Below, piece after piece: positions 50,474 to 63,304 of a stretch of DNA of 64,000 nt. How positions within the stretch are numbered: the first letter of the stretch is position 1; the number at the start of each line of letters is the position of its first letter. Where the stretch lies: contig OZ316894.1 of NCBI GenBank assembly GCA_973895155.1, forward strand, positions 25,790,709-25,854,708, written 5' to 3'. The translations under genes and the position numbers were made by a program. The notes under the pieces were generated by a model. The model was given only the letters and a program-made list of their open reading frames with translations, was not told the DNA's origin and searched no databases. Source of the DNA: Marsupella aquatica (Eukaryota; Plantae; Marchantiophyta).

Positions 50474-51532
50474 GGGATGCTGAGAGAAATTGTTGGCGTG
50501 ATCTTTCTGGGCGTCTCTTGCTGATCAGGGGCCTCGACGCTCCGGCTCTGGCCCGGGGCACTGAGTTTCTTGCCCTGATTTCCAGGGCACAAGGCTGCTG
50601 CTCAGATATGGACCTTTGTGCGGATCAATGGCGTTGGGAAGACAAATTGGAGCCTCTGAAGGCCTTTAAATTGGAGAATTACAGATCGTACCAGTTCCTT
50701 AGACCAACAGTGCTGGATGTAATGGCGCTGAATCGATGCTGGGGAGTGATGAGGACTGTGGAAGAATGGTCGAGCAGGTGGACTCAACTGTGGGAATCTG
50801 ACTTATCAATGCGAGGAAAAACCTTCATCTGGAGGGCTTTGTTTGAATGGTGGGCTGTGTGGACTCCTAGAGGCGGCAGCTGGCAGGGAAGTGATACACT
50901 CTCTCAGGTGGTTCCTCATTTTTCAGGTTCTCTGGACCCTTTGGGTTGGGAGAAATGAACACATGTTTGGTATTGGAGGTTGTCGGAAACTGGACATGAT
51001 TTCTGTGTTGTCAGAGGTGGCAGATCACATCCGTGGTGTTTGTGACAGCCTTAAGGCTGGTAGGCGCCTCACTCGGCTTCTTGGTGCCCTGGAGAACATA
51101 AAGACTGAACGATTAGAGTGGATTAGCAAGGGTAACCCCTGCTCTATTGTGAGCCCATAGGAGATGTGGTAAGTTGCTGTGAGCCCTTTGGGCTTTCCTT
51201 TGTGGTTGTGGTGGTGGTAGAGAGGGAGAGTGTATTGTTTGTCCCCTTGGCTGTGAGGAGGTTGTGAGCCCTTTGGGCTTTCCTTTGTGGCGGTGGTGGG
51301 AGGGAGAGATTAATTTGCCCCCTCTAGTACTTGACTTACGTGTATTAGGCTGCTCTGACTTAGGTGGTCTTTTTGGTCCGGCTCGGGGCCCAGAAGGCTG
51401 TTATGTCTGTCAAATGCGGGGCTTGTTGCCCCCTCTTTGTGTTTCTGGCCTGCCTGGCTCCCCTCATCCGTGGGGTTTTCGCGGAATATATGTTAATTTC
51501 TTAAAAATTTGCAGAAAAAATAAATAAAAAAA
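50474..51532 (+). mobile_element. 5'-truncated L1-type LINE in a PPO intron
   Basis: 15-bp TSD cccgaggattgtgct (50459-50473, 51534-51548), A-rich tail, ORF2 C-terminal motifs WTQLWESDLSMRGKTFIWR and LWTLWVGRNEHMF. Confidence 0.9.
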
Positions 51533-53379
51533 CCCCGAGGATTGTGCTCTCCAGCCTATAAATCAGGAATGCAAGTAAGTAGTACTTAGGAATTTACTAA
51601 CATCTTTATTTAGTTTCTTCACACTCCATTTAGAACTGACCAGGTTATGAATCGCAACATGTTACTGATGCGCACGTTCGCTGTCTCTTGCTTGGTAATG
51701 TCGGCCCATGAAAGCTCTGCTTCTGCCATTTTGCCACCCACCATCATAGTTTGGTGCATTATATGCAGATTACTTTCAATGAGTACTTGTTCGAATGCAT
51801 TGTGGAGATCTTCTCTGCATCAAATGAAAGATCAGGGAATTGAAAACAAGCAATTCGCTTCGCCCGTTCTGACCGATTGCCATCGTATGTGGCACTGTGA
51901 GGGTCATTGTAGATGGTTGGGAAGTCATGTCCTTGCTTTGGGCAAGCTCCAGTGTTGGAAGAACCACCCCCCATAGTGTAGGGGTTGTCCCAGCTCTAGT
52001 AGCCGAGGCTGAAAGTGGGCTCCTCAAGGAGCGACTGCAGGTCGTGGAAGTATACAAAGAACATTCATTTTGGGAACTATCCAATCTGTTAATCCAGTTA
52101 TGGATTAATTCTGTATAATTGTGTCAAAATCTGACTAAATGTCACACGAGAGCAACTGTCTAAACCCTGGAGACAAATGGATGATGCATACATAAGCGGT
52201 GAAACTTTCAACAAAGATATCTAAATGAAGGGAAACAGGTCAGCTCTAGCCAAATGTGGTGTGGAGAACCTTAAGGGCAAAAGATTGCAGTTGGCAATTT
52301 GGCGCACCTATGATACGAAAAGAAAAACCAGCTTGAATGAATGCTGACCATAGAAGGACTGCCATCTTTGTACTATGGAACCCCGCAATAGCCGTAAGGA
52401 ATGTTCACCTGTTGCTTGAACGACCTTGGATCATCATCTGGCAAAGCTCGCATTAGTGCATAGGCCTTATTGAGCTTGGCAGCGTATCTGCACCAACGCA
52501 CAGTAAGGCTTTCCTGACCCTAATTTTTGGTATGTGCAGATAAAGATGGCATACCATCGATGATAGGCTTTGTTGGCTTGATTGGGCAGAAAATGGGGTT
52601 GAGAGTGATTTCAGACAGAGCAGCCTTTTGGCAATGGCTGAAGTTGAATTTGACGGGGTTGCTGTTGGCAAGTGACGAGTATGTGCAACTGATGAGTATG
52701 TAAAAGACATGATAGAGATTGCACAACTCACCATTATGCATAACAGTGAGAACTCCATCTGTTGGATAACGGGGTCAAGGTTTTCTCCTTCAACCTTCAA
52801 GTACTATCCCAAACCCGCGTGTTACTTTATCTAGTAGGACTCCCCTACTCCCTCACATAACATGGTATGCTTGGTGCTGGAGCCTAGGTTCAAAGATTTG
52901 CAGGATGTTATTTAGTATGTGACTGGGACTAGATTGGGCTAAGGCCAGCATGACTTTTAATACAAGCAAGACATGGTGCCATTGCTCATGGACGTCATGG
53001 CTACCATTTAATCTGGGTCAGACTTTATCATAACATCCCCTTTGATCCAGCCCTGGACAAAATTGCGCTCAAGACAAAATTGAGCATTTGAGCGCAATTT
53101 TTTGGGGAGTACAAGCCTGGACTTAAAACACTACATGAATTGTACGAAGCATTGATTCTTGCAGACTCTGTCGCAGGAGCAAAATGTAATTAACCTCAAT
53201 CACATATGTACCGTAGTCAGGACCGATCCATATTACACCTTGAGGGAAAGCTTAATTTCATTCACTTTTGGATGTGGACTCTTTTTTGCCAAGAGCTTTT
53301 CTGGATGTAGTGGAATCATGGGAATATATCATAAACACTGACAAATCAGGGTTTACACCATCAGAATAGTGAGTCCCGA

Positions 53380-54900
53380 CCGTAGTGATGGCTGTACAAG
53401 AGAAAACACAACGTCGGTCAGTCCCCTTGTTCGAGGAGAGATTTTCAGTTATCCCCACATTGCCATTGTGTGATGATGGCATGATAGTATTTGACTCAGG
53501 CAACTCCATCCATTGGCTCTTTCAATGAAATGGCATGTGCGGAGCAGCTGCAGTTCTACAAAGCATCGAGCACACCTTGATTCTCATTCGTACAGTGCAA
53601 CTACTCCAAAGGGTTTTGTTTATTTTTGTTACTCTTACTTGCTCAAATTGTTCAGCATTTTCTCAAGCTCCGGTTAAGAAATCATAGCTCTACAATCCTC
53701 TGTCTTGTTTTTGTTCGCTACTACATTTGGTTTAAGCAATTTTGTGAGAGCTCAGTACAAAAAACATACTTTCACAAACACGGATCTTGCACCTTCTACA
53801 ATTTCTGCAATGATAGGTACTGCAATTCTCTTCAAATTCTGCTGCAATCGGAACTCCCGGTTATCATGGTCTAACAAAACACTGAAAAATCAAGACAAGG
53901 GCCCTGTGAATTCTTCAAGTGTGTTTGTGAATTGAGATGGGATATGATGTGTGTATGGGGAATTAATGGGTTAGCAAAAAAATATTGAACAGTGTTCTAA
54001 GTATTATAAATATTAACCGACATTGGAGAACCGACTGTCGCAATGTCTCACTCCTTCCACCTTTGAGTACTGTAGCATGAACATTTTTACGAACATCAAC
54101 AATTGTTCAGTCCGCAGCACTTGAACGAATTCCTTTCTTGCAGTCCGCCCGCAGGTGATTCGATTCTCCTTAATCTCGTCAAAATAGCTAGCTTCCTTCA
54201 TTTAAGAAGATAAAACCACAGCTAGTTGTGCATCTGCAAGGCTGGTCACTGGTCTTGCTCCACCTCCACTTCAGATTTAGTCAAATCTTCTCGGACAGAA
54301 ATGCAGAAAGTTTGTACCTCTCCGATGCATAGAGTTCATTTCTAGCTCGATGTGGACTTTGAACTCTTGGTGTCAACATAAACAATTGCTAGTCACTGAT
54401 ACCACGCAACACATGAATAAACTATTTTCCAGATAACACGATGTTATAGCACGCAAACAAATGCCCCTTTTAAATAATGCATTACATGTATCTTAATCAT
54501 GGATGCGTAACCCTAGCCATAATGGTTGAATTTAAACAAAGATGAAAATAGATGATAGCACCATTTCAACAGGGCCCCTGGCCCGAAATCTGCCATTTTC
54601 TCGGATGAATGAGTCTCCACCGTTGATTGAAACTTCCTGGGGTATGTTTGTTTCAGAAAAGTACCACGGCAAAGCTTTAACCGGGCCTGGTATTTGTCAA
54701 GGTACTAGTCATACTTGTCAAAATGGTTAATATGCAAATACTAAATATATGTTTGGAAGCCTGTTTAGCTCATAGGTCAGCGCATCGCACTAATATATAT
54801 TTTGTTCTGGGAGTAGCCAACGCTACATAGCACCTGGTGTGGGCAGGTTTTTGCCAACACGACACTCTCAATTGGGGGGAAGACTATTGCAGCTTGGGAG
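53380..54900 (-). pseudogene. Possible second, more decayed PPO copy
   Basis: Weak frameshifted echoes: YLDKYQA..VKALP...PGSFNQRWRL (~54710-54610) and GITENL...LTDVVFSLV (~53460-53395), in PPO order. Confidence 0.3.
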
Positions 54901-54924
54901 GTGTAAAAATCTTCTGCCCTGTCA

Positions 54925-56010
54925 CCCTTTCCAGCATCCTCTCCGAGGCACCTGACACGGACTGAGCTCGGATTCTTTCTTCCGGAGGGAAGGGCGCAGG
55001 TGGATGGCTTCAGGCCAATCCAATCATTCCTCATTTGCGGATGTCTTCAACGGAGTTCTCCACAGCCATGCGTCTTCGTCTGGGGCTGCCCCACCCACTT
55101 CTTGCAGGTTTACCTCCTTCTTGCACTTGTGGGAAGCCTTGTGATGCCACAGGTGTCCATCTTCGGCGGTGCAGTTTGGGAGGTGAAACCATTATTGTTC
55201 ACGACGCTGTGCGAGATGCGACTGCTCAGGTTCTCTCTGGCTCTTTGGTATGCGTGCGGCGGGAGGTGGTACTCGAGTTACCTGGTCCTCCATCACAGCG
55301 GTTACGGGTGGATCTTACCATGGTCCGTGAGGGTCAACGTACTTTGGCAGATGTTGTGGTGGCAAACCCATTGCGCCAAGACATCATTGGGACAGCGGCA
55401 ACTACGGCAGGGGCAGCAGCGTCACGTGCGGCAACAACGAAGGAGGCCAAATATGCTGCACGAGCTTCATCCGACAGCTTCCTCCCCCTTGCTGTGGAGC
55501 TATTTGGGCGTCTTCATCCTCAGTTTGATGGGCTTCTTCGGCAAGCTGCCCGGGATGTTCATGGCCGAATGGGTCCCACCGGACCCCCGCTTTCTATTTT
55601 GACCACGCACTTTCGCCAACGCATTTTAGTCACCTTACAGCGTGCTCAAGCTCGGGCCATCTATCGTCGATCTCTTACAGTGGGTGCTAGTGTGCCTCCG
55701 CAGCGGCTAGCTCCCCTTGAGGATGTTCCAATCCCACTTGCCGATCTAGTTTTGACTCTTGATGTGGACCATTAGCTTTTTGCCACAATCGGTAGGAATG
55801 ATGAGGACCTCGGTCCGCTTGGGTTAGTTTTAGTCTCTCTCTCTTTATTGGTTTTTAGGGGTTCCCTATTGTTCATTTCTTACTTTTAGTTCCTCTTTCT
55901 TGGTGTTTAGTGGTTCCCTTTTGCTCACTTCTTTTTCGATTGGTTTTGTCCACTTGGGCCCTCTTTTGTTTGTTCATTTGTACTCTGTTTGGTCCCTTTG
56001 TATATAAAAA
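54925..56010 (+). mobile_element. 5'-truncated CRE-type non-LTR retrotransposon (zinc knuckle plus restriction-like endonuclease)
   Basis: ARILSSGGKGAGGWLQANP...F..AMRLRLG, CTCG...H...C, HDAVRD, R.D...DV, KEAKY, FLPLAVELFG in and upstream of ORF 55035-55775. T-rich 3'UTR ends in a short A run. Boundaries approximate. Confidence 0.85.
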
Positions 56011-59000
56011 GTGTGTATATTTCTCCCGCTGTTTCATCATTCTGTTTTGTAGGTGACTATCCTAAAATTGAGTTTCCCCGGAGGTGCCACAATCTACATA
56101 GGATGTGGATAGCATTATAGCATGTTCATCCTAATAGATGTCTATTTTGACTTATCCAAAAGAATAGCCGTGGATTAGTGTCCAGGTCAGTGGCCCCATG
56201 GGCTCCTGCCGGCACCTCTATTTTGCACATTTCAAGCCAATAGGTGGTAAGTGCCCAGGCTGTTTTCTGTTTAGACAAAGTCAGCTGCACTATTTTGGTT
56301 TTCCTGTAGTGGTCAGGCCTGGAGGACTACCTGTAGTGGTCAGGCCTAGAGGACTAGTCAGATATGAAACTTAACCGTGGAGTTGGAGGTATATGTTTGA
56401 TGGACCCCCAAAATAAAAAAAATGGGACCCTTGAGTGATCCAGACCATTGAAAGACCTTGAATCATGGTATCCAAAACCTCAGGGTGCCATCAAGTAACA
56501 CTCTTCATTTGGGTGGTTTATCAAGCAAATGCCTGCGTGGAATTGCAGCCCTGCTTTAAAACCACTGGTTAAAACGTGTCCCCTTTCTGCTGACTTCTTC
56601 TAAAGTGCCACTAACAACCAAAAGAAAAAGAAATCCGGAAATGCAAATCATTTTTCTTTACTCAAAACGTCAAATGTCTAAAACAACAAGTAGTCCAGGT
56701 CCTAATTTGGGCTAAATCGAAAACTGAACTGGATATGCATTGTATCCTCAACTTCGAATCTTTGCAACTAAGCCTTAATAACTAACTTTGCGGGTCCCAC
56801 CTTTTACCTCTCGAGACACGATGCCAACAGGCTATTGGCGCAGCTAAGATCTACGGCCTGAAATAAATCGATTGAGCCACCTACACCATCGATTTGCGTC
56901 ATCTATCGGACAGGAATATCATATCATAACGGATAGGTTGAAGAGGAGCCAACATACTAGCCATTGTTTAGCTTTATTGAACTCGACAGCGCGTTCTTTC
57001 CCAATATAGTACACCGTCAAGTTACTGCCGTGTGGGACTGTGGGCCACATGAGAATCTCCCATCCAAACAGCGTTGGTCCCGGCGTCTATCCGGGCCCAA
57101 CTGTGGCACACGAGAGGCCTGTTGTTGTCTTTCTTCCGTTACTATATATCCCCAAAGTAAATAAAGGAAGTACAGTAGGCGTGGTGGAATTATGAGTTGA
57201 AGCTCAATGATGGGGCTCCAAAGTGTTCTAAAGAACTCAATAGCTGAATAGCATGATGACGTTACACACTCATTATTATACCAGTTTTCCTCTTTGGCTC
57301 TTTCTTTATCCCCAACTTGCTGACCTTTACACCTGCCTTACAACAGTGTCTACTAGCCTGTAGCGGTATGGGCCCCCCGTAGTTCTTCGATTAGGGAGGT
57401 ATTCTAGTTTTAGGCTCTACCTCAAGACACAGTCCTCATGCCAAAGAAACTATTCTTAGAAATACCATTTTTGATTTGGTTACTTGGGCTCCGTGCGGAC
57501 CGTGCCTCACAACACATACTCTACTGCAACCTATGGCTTCGAGCCTTGGTTTGACCTTGCCCATCAAACTGGGCGAAAATGGCCGGAAAATCGGCAACCT
57601 GGCACCCGGGCTCGGGAGTAGTTCGGGAGAATCTTATCGAATCCGTCCGAGAATATCCGTCAAATTGGTAGTTTTTGGGCCGTCATTTGACAATTTGACG
57701 TGCCCGGCAAGGCGTCAAGGTGCCCATCAGGTTAAACCGGGCTTCGAGCTTCTGTTTCACTTGTGTGATCTTTCGCCACTTGGTTGGGGCTTAGTGTACT
57801 TTTGTTCTCACATTTGTTTCTTCACAAAATCTTCCTTCTGGCCAATTCCAGCCCTCGTGCCATCGTTTTTCAAGTCTCCCAATGTATCCTCAAAAGTATT
57901 TTATCCAATTCAATTTGTGGAGTCAAACATCCAAGCTGTCAAGTTGAAACTAAATGTTTATAGTTATGGAGTGCCTGATAGCCACAGTAAAAATTTTATC
58001 CATAAAGCTGCCCTGTCAAAAACGCCCATGATAGTGTCATCGACCTTCACCCATCCTCCATGGCCCAGCAATATTTGATTGGCACATGTCTTGAGCTAGG
58101 CAAAAGAACTGTGCTTTCTTGCTCAACTCCTGTCCTATGCTTTGGGTTGTAGAGCATTTTGATGGCCTAAGTCCGATTGGAAAGAGCTTTGATACCCTCC
58201 ATATACTCTCATTCTCCTTGAGAACATCGAGCGACAAGAGGAGGCATTTAATCAATACAATGATTACAAGATCAAAAGCTTATCACTCAAGAGATTGGCC
58301 CTCGCCAAGTCCACTCCTCTCACTTGCATTTTTCTGGGAGGGGTAGCACAAGTTCATTTAAGACCCTGTATCCTCATAGAAGATTTGCCCCCAGATCTTT
58401 GGCAGTGCATCTTGCTGCTTGAAATTCTATAAACTGAGCCCCTGTTTCCCCTCCCCCCTCCTGCATCCTCTCGAGCTGCCCCCCTAAGAACTTTATTCTA
58501 AAGCATGGTTGGCCCCACCCTTTAGCCGTAGACAAATTTTATGAATAAAGTGCAATGCAGATCTACAATTGAGGACTATGGTCTAGATTGAAGCCTCTAG
58601 ACCATATTTAAGGATAACATAGAAAGTGAGGGTGGACAAAAAACAGGAGTGGGCAAAGATGAACTGAAAATAGAATATAAGTTTTTCTCTTGCAAGATTT
58701 TTTTTGGTTAGTTGGTCTGCATCTTTATGTACATTCAAGTAACTGGTAGTCAGGCAAGTCTTCTCTACTACAGGTAAGCTACTTGTCTTGGACCATCCCA
58801 AGCCACATGAACTAAGACTCTTTTCCATTAGCCCCTTGTCCCCTGCCCACCCCCTTGCCACCTCCTTTCATTCTGTATCCCTAAGTGTACCCGTTATGCA
58901 CGGGTACACTTGAAAGGGAGTGGAAAACAGTTCTATGGGACCAGTCACAGACCCTCACCTGCTTTGCGCCCACTGTAATTATGCCCAAACTTCATGGTTA

Positions 59001-59239
59001 CAGGTCACTGGGACACCACCTGTCACCCGTCCTGTCATTTGAGGACCACCTGCAGTCCTGCACTGAGGGCTCTAATGACCCGGTGTTGAGGAGGACCCAC
59101 CCTAAGACCCTTGGATACCGTGAGGTAAAGATCCAAAGTGCTGAATTTGCCAAATTCCAATCTACTGAAATGTCATAGCCAGTCTTTTGCCAAAATTACA
59201 CAAGTTTCTTTTTCGATCCAAGAGCCAGTTTCTCATCAA

Positions 59240-59550
59240 CCATATCAACCCCGCTAGCCAGAATTTTGACGATCTCACCTACCCATAACCCTATTAGTCA
59301 GAGTTTAGATATGTAAGGGTCATAAATTCATCTATAAATTTGAATAAAGTATTTTCTCACCTAGCCACAATCCCATTAGCCAGAAATTGATAATCCAAGG
59401 GTCATAAATTAATAATTAATCCATAAAAACTAATTGAAGAATTTACTCATCAAGCCACAATCCCATTAGCCAGAATTTGATGATCCAGGGTCATAGATCA
59501 ATCTAGCAAAACAAAATATGGGTCATAGATCAATCCAGCAAAACAAAATA
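59240..59550. repeat. Degenerate repeat cluster
   Basis: ccc(a/g)(t/c)tagccagaa(t/a)ttga..atc..gggtcata recurs about 4 times. Confidence 0.65.
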
Positions 59551-60165
59551 AATAAATTTCTTAGCATAGGGTAATGAGAGTTTGGTCTGGGGTGACTAGT
59601 CTATATCACGCTGCTGTGACCAGAAAGTGAGGAAATGTGAGAGTATCCCAAAAAAATTTCTGAACTTTGTGAGAACAATTTTCAGATTAGAAACCCAGCC
59701 CAAACATTCATTATCATAAGTAATACTTGCCCAAAATAAAGATTACCTGCAATACTTTCTGGATACACCACCTAATAGAAAAGTTACACGGTAACCTTTG
59801 ATCCTGACAGGAATTACACCATGTAGCATCGAAGAAAACCTTGAAAAATAGGCTAACCACATTCTTCCTCAATTCTCTTCGTCGTACCCGACACCCTTCC
59901 TTCGCTCGTCCCTTCGCTCGTCCCCTAGCGTGTGACTGCTCTGCTCCTCGGTCCGTCCTACTGTAGACTGTCGGACCCTCCCAAGCATCCGAGTCCCAAT
60001 CCTTTCTTTCATGTTCTTTCTACTTCGCGCAAGAGTTCGTTTCGAGTTTCGAGTGCCTTGCCGACGTTCTCTCTTTCGCCGTCAGTTTCATCGTCGAACA
60101 GCCTTGCACGCAGAGTGCATAGCAACGAGAGAAACGAACGAGCATTGGGGACGAAGTCTGTGTAG

Positions 60166-60575
60166 ATGTGTACAGTAGTAAAGCGAAGAGCTTCGGAATT
60201 GAACGAGCGAAGGAGCGGGCGGATGGTGAGGACGAAGTGGTTGGCGATGACACGCACGCGCTCTGCCTGTTGAAACATGGAGCCCTTGCGACGACCGTGG
60301 TTGGGAGTCCGTGGAAGCAGAGGACGGGACCGCACGGGAGGGGAGGTCGAGGAGAGGCGAGGAGATTTCTCGCTCCCGTTCTCTATTATTATGTTCATCT
60401 TTAAATAGTCCGGTACAGTATAGCTACGAACGAGCGAACAATGAGGACGAGGTCTCCCTTGATGACACGAGCGCGCTCTCCCTGTTGAAATTGAGCACCT
60501 TCAACCGTGCTACTCGGACGTGCGTGGAAGCAGTAGACGGGAGCGAACGGGAGGGGAGGTCGAGGAGAGGAAGGA
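60166..60575 (+). promoter_or_regulatory. Duplicated upstream module, each copy with a candidate uORF (60166-60273, 60441-60488)
   Basis: Two diverged ~150-bp copies; the encoded peptides end MTRTRSAC* and MTRARSPC*. Confidence 0.5.
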
Positions 60576-60766
60576 GAATTGGCTCTTGGGCAGGATGATG
60601 ATGGTACGGAGCCCTCCGCCGGGAAAATTGTTCTTCGGATGTTGCTTGTGCACACCGGCCGAGGAGTCGTTGCCGTGGTGGTGGTGCAGGTAGCGGAAAG
60701 CAAGCGCTTTCTTCTGGTCGTCGGAGATTGAGATTGGGAGTTATTTCGACTCGCAAGATCATCGTC

Positions 60767-63304
60767 ATGGCGGAGCGCCCGAAATTGCTGTACATTATCA
60801 TCAATGACGAGGCGGAGCAGCAACAACAGCATCAGCATGTGGCCGGCGGTGGAGGAGCAGTAGCAACAGGAGGAGGTTTAGAGCAGCAAAAGCTGCGGAA
60901 GCAGCATGCCAAAACTCGCAAATTCCCTCCGCCAAGGTATACTCGATCGGTGATGCAGAGCACCCTGCAGCTTATGGGATGCAAGGCGCGCCACGCTTTC
61001 AAAATCTGCGATCGCGTCTTTGAGGTCTTGAGGAGCGAAGGAGACCCCGCCAAGAAAGTTGAAATATGGCGACACCATTCCGAAGCGGAGGCGTTGTTCC
61101 GTGTCTATGATGAAACCATCGAGAATGAGCGCCAAGGAGAGCGAGGAGGAGGTCCGCCCGTCGATTGCGCAGCAACAACACCTAGTAATAATAACAAGCA
61201 TGACGATGGCAGCAGGACGCCACCAAATTCAAGGTCCGGCAAGGAGCGAGCGACCGTGACGGTCACGAGGGACAAATTCCTCGACGTGGTGTGTGAAGCG
61301 CTGGCCGAATACCAGTACGTCGGGCCGAATCAGAGGGCCGACCTCTTGCTCGCATGCAAGGTGCGCGAGAAGAGGACATCGGTGACCGTTTTGCTTTGCG
61401 GCACAAGTGGCTGCGGTAAGTCGACCCTCTCCTCATTGCTGGCGAGCAGGCTCGGAGTCACGACAGTGGTATCGACTGACTCATTGCGCCACATGATGAG
61501 AAGCTTCGTGAGCGAGAAGGAAAACCCTCTGCTGTGGGCCTCGACGTACCATGCGGGAGAATGTCTGGATCATGTGGCAATTGCGGAAGCAAAACTAAAG
61601 AAAAAGGAAGCGAAAACGTCCAATATTCCGATCCGAAATTCTTCATTTGATGGGCGGTCATTCAGTCCGGGGTTAGGAGGATCATCCTCCTCCGGTAGTG
61701 GTGGCTCCTCAGGGTCCTCGACGGTTGCTCCAGAGAGCTTGTTGCAGAAGACAAGATCAAGCGAGGAGCCTGCGAAGGGAAGTAGCATCGGCGATGTGCA
61801 TCATGCAAGTGAGGATGGAAATGGGAGGACCGAGAGTGTTCCGAATATCTCGTCCCAGATTGGAAGCATTGATGTAGGAGGAGCTGATGCAGTCATGGGG
61901 TCGAAAACGATGGTTGTGCAAGGATTCAAAGCTCAAAGCGAGATGGTGATAGATAGCCTCGACCGGCTTATCACAGCATGGGAGCAGAAGAACGAGTCTG
62001 TGGTGGTCGAGGGTGTACATTTGAGTCTCAATTTTGTGGTGGGGCTCATGAAGAAGCACCCCTCGATTGTTCCCTTCATGATTTACATATCAAATGAGGA
62101 TAAGCATTTGGAGCGGTTCGCTGTTCGGGCCAAGTACATGACTCTTGATCCAGCAAAGAACAAGTACGTCAAATATATTCGGAACATCCGCACTATCCAG
62201 GAGTACCTTTGTAAACGGGCTGATAAACATTTAGTGCCCAAAGTGAACAATACTAATGTAGATAAGAGTATTGCCCTTATTCATGCCACCGTTTTCAGCT
62301 GTTTGCGGCGAAGGATGGGAGGAGAACCTCTCTGCGATGCCGCAACAAACACGGTGAAGGTGGTGGATCAAGAGTATAAGAGTCAGTATGCAGCATCCTC
62401 GCTGGGTTCCAAAGGCATGTTCCAACTTATTCAGAGGAGAGGATCATCACGCCACCTCATGGCTCTAATGAACATAGACGGGTCAGTGGCCAAAGCTTGG
62501 CCAATTGAGTCGGATAGTAACGGAAAAGCAGTGTCAGGATCATCTAATGGTCAGGAGAGCGGAAGTAGAACTCCTTTATATGGGCCTCTAGCTATAGGGA
62601 AATCAGAACCTGTCAATCTGCAATTCGGACATTTTGGTCTGAGTGCCTGGCTGACTGATACTGGTGCAGCAAGCTATGCAACTAGCTACAACGGTAGTGG
62701 TGACGGGCATAGCTCACGAGGAGAATATGAGTTGACCAGCAGTCATCCTGGATCTCCATCGTGCTCCAGCTCGCCTAAGCATGGGGAAGGGGGGGAAAAG
62801 GAACTTACAGACGAGGTAGTTGTCTCTGTTAGTGATGAGGAACCAGATGAGGAGGAACCAACAGAAGCAGACAGCGATGGCGAAGCTAGCGACTGTGGGC
62901 TCGAGCACATTGACGAAGATGATGCCGGATCCGTGGACGACCAGAGTGAGAGATCTGATGACGATGGTGATGACGGGTTTTGTTTAGATGACAAATTGGA
63001 GGAGCGAGATAACGTGCATGATCACCTCACAACAGGTATAAATGATAAAAGTGGCACCTTTTCTGGCAAGATAGGAGAGAGGATGCAGGTCAGGAGGTAC
63101 ACTCAAGGGCAAAGATACAAAGGAACATTGGTGGGCAGGCTGGTGGCAGAAGGGCTTTCACAAACCAGTAAGGACTCATCCGAGGTGACCACTCCTGAGA
63201 ATCGTTCTCATAATCGGTCCAAGAGTTGTCCGAACTGGGACTTCTGCTGTCCAATTTCAGAGGGCGAACCTAAAAGGACTTTGGAGTTCACAACCGAAGG
63301 ATGA
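60767..63304 (+). CDS. LPA1: P-loop NTPase domain protein, LPA1 (low phytic acid 1)/2-phosphoglycerate-kinase-like, single-exon CDS
   Basis: [24 protein letters not shown], Walker [77 protein letters not shown]; acidic C-terminus. First ATG at 60767. Confidence 0.93.
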   Translation: MAERPKLLYIIINDEAEQQQQHQHVAGGGGAVATGGGLEQQKLRKQHAKTRKFPPPRYTRSVMQSTLQLMGCKARHAFKICDRVFEVLRSEGDPAKKVEIWRHHSEAEALFRVYDETIENERQGERGGGPPVDCAATTPSNNNKHDDGSRTPPNSRSGKERATVTVTRDKFLDVVCEALAEYQYVGPNQRADLLLACKVREKRTSVTVLLCGTSGCGKSTLSSLLASRLGVTTVVSTDSLRHMMRSFVSEKENPLLWASTYHAGECLDHVAIAEAKLKKKEAKTSNIPIRNSSFDGRSFSPGLGGSSSSGSGGSSGSSTVAPESLLQKTRSSEEPAKGSSIGDVHHASEDGNGRTESVPNISSQIGSIDVGGADAVMGSKTMVVQGFKAQSEMVIDSLDRLITAWEQKNESVVVEGVHLSLNFVVGLMKKHPSIVPFMIYISNEDKHLERFAVRAKYMTLDPAKNKYVKYIRNIRTIQEYLCKRADKHLVPKVNNTNVDKSIALIHATVFSCLRRRMGGEPLCDAATNTVKVVDQEYKSQYAASSLGSKGMFQLIQRRGSSRHLMALMNIDGSVAKAWPIESDSNGKAVSGSSNGQESGSRTPLYGPLAIGKSEPVNLQFGHFGLSAWLTDTGAASYATSYNGSGDGHSSRGEYELTSSHPGSPSCSSSPKHGEGGEKELTDEVVVSVSDEEPDEEEPTEADSDGEASDCGLEHIDEDDAGSVDDQSERSDDDGDDGFCLDDKLEERDNVHDHLTTGINDKSGTFSGKIGERMQVRRYTQGQRYKGTLVGRLVAEGLSQTSKDSSEVTTPENRSHNRSKSCPNWDFCCPISEGEPKRTLEFTTEG

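Larger units (their letters stand above)
49318..52758 (-). pseudogene. PPO: Polyphenol oxidase (type-3 copper) pseudogene, multi-exon, hydrophobic signal-peptide-like N-terminus
   Basis: AKLNKAYALMRALPDDDPRSFKQQVNIPYGYCG (CuA, ~52480-52380). FVYFHDLQSLLEEPTFSLGY*SWD (~52060-51985). FPTIYNDPHSATYD. GILESRAHIVVCSWVG...DMG...HRNVNRLWE (CuB, ~50405-49983). DPDFLNAEFLLYDENKDLRRAKVAD (DWL domain). Many frameshifts, and copper-ligand His residues are lost. Confidence 0.92.

Noticed and set aside
53058-53102. Hairpin aaaattgcgctcaa...ttgagcgcaatttt
   Set aside because: Short isolated palindrome with no TSD or RNA-gene context; at most a tiny MITE relic.
57476-58350. 200-aa ORF and neighbours
   Set aside because: Non-ATG start, no domain signature, and a composition typical of decayed repeat sequence.
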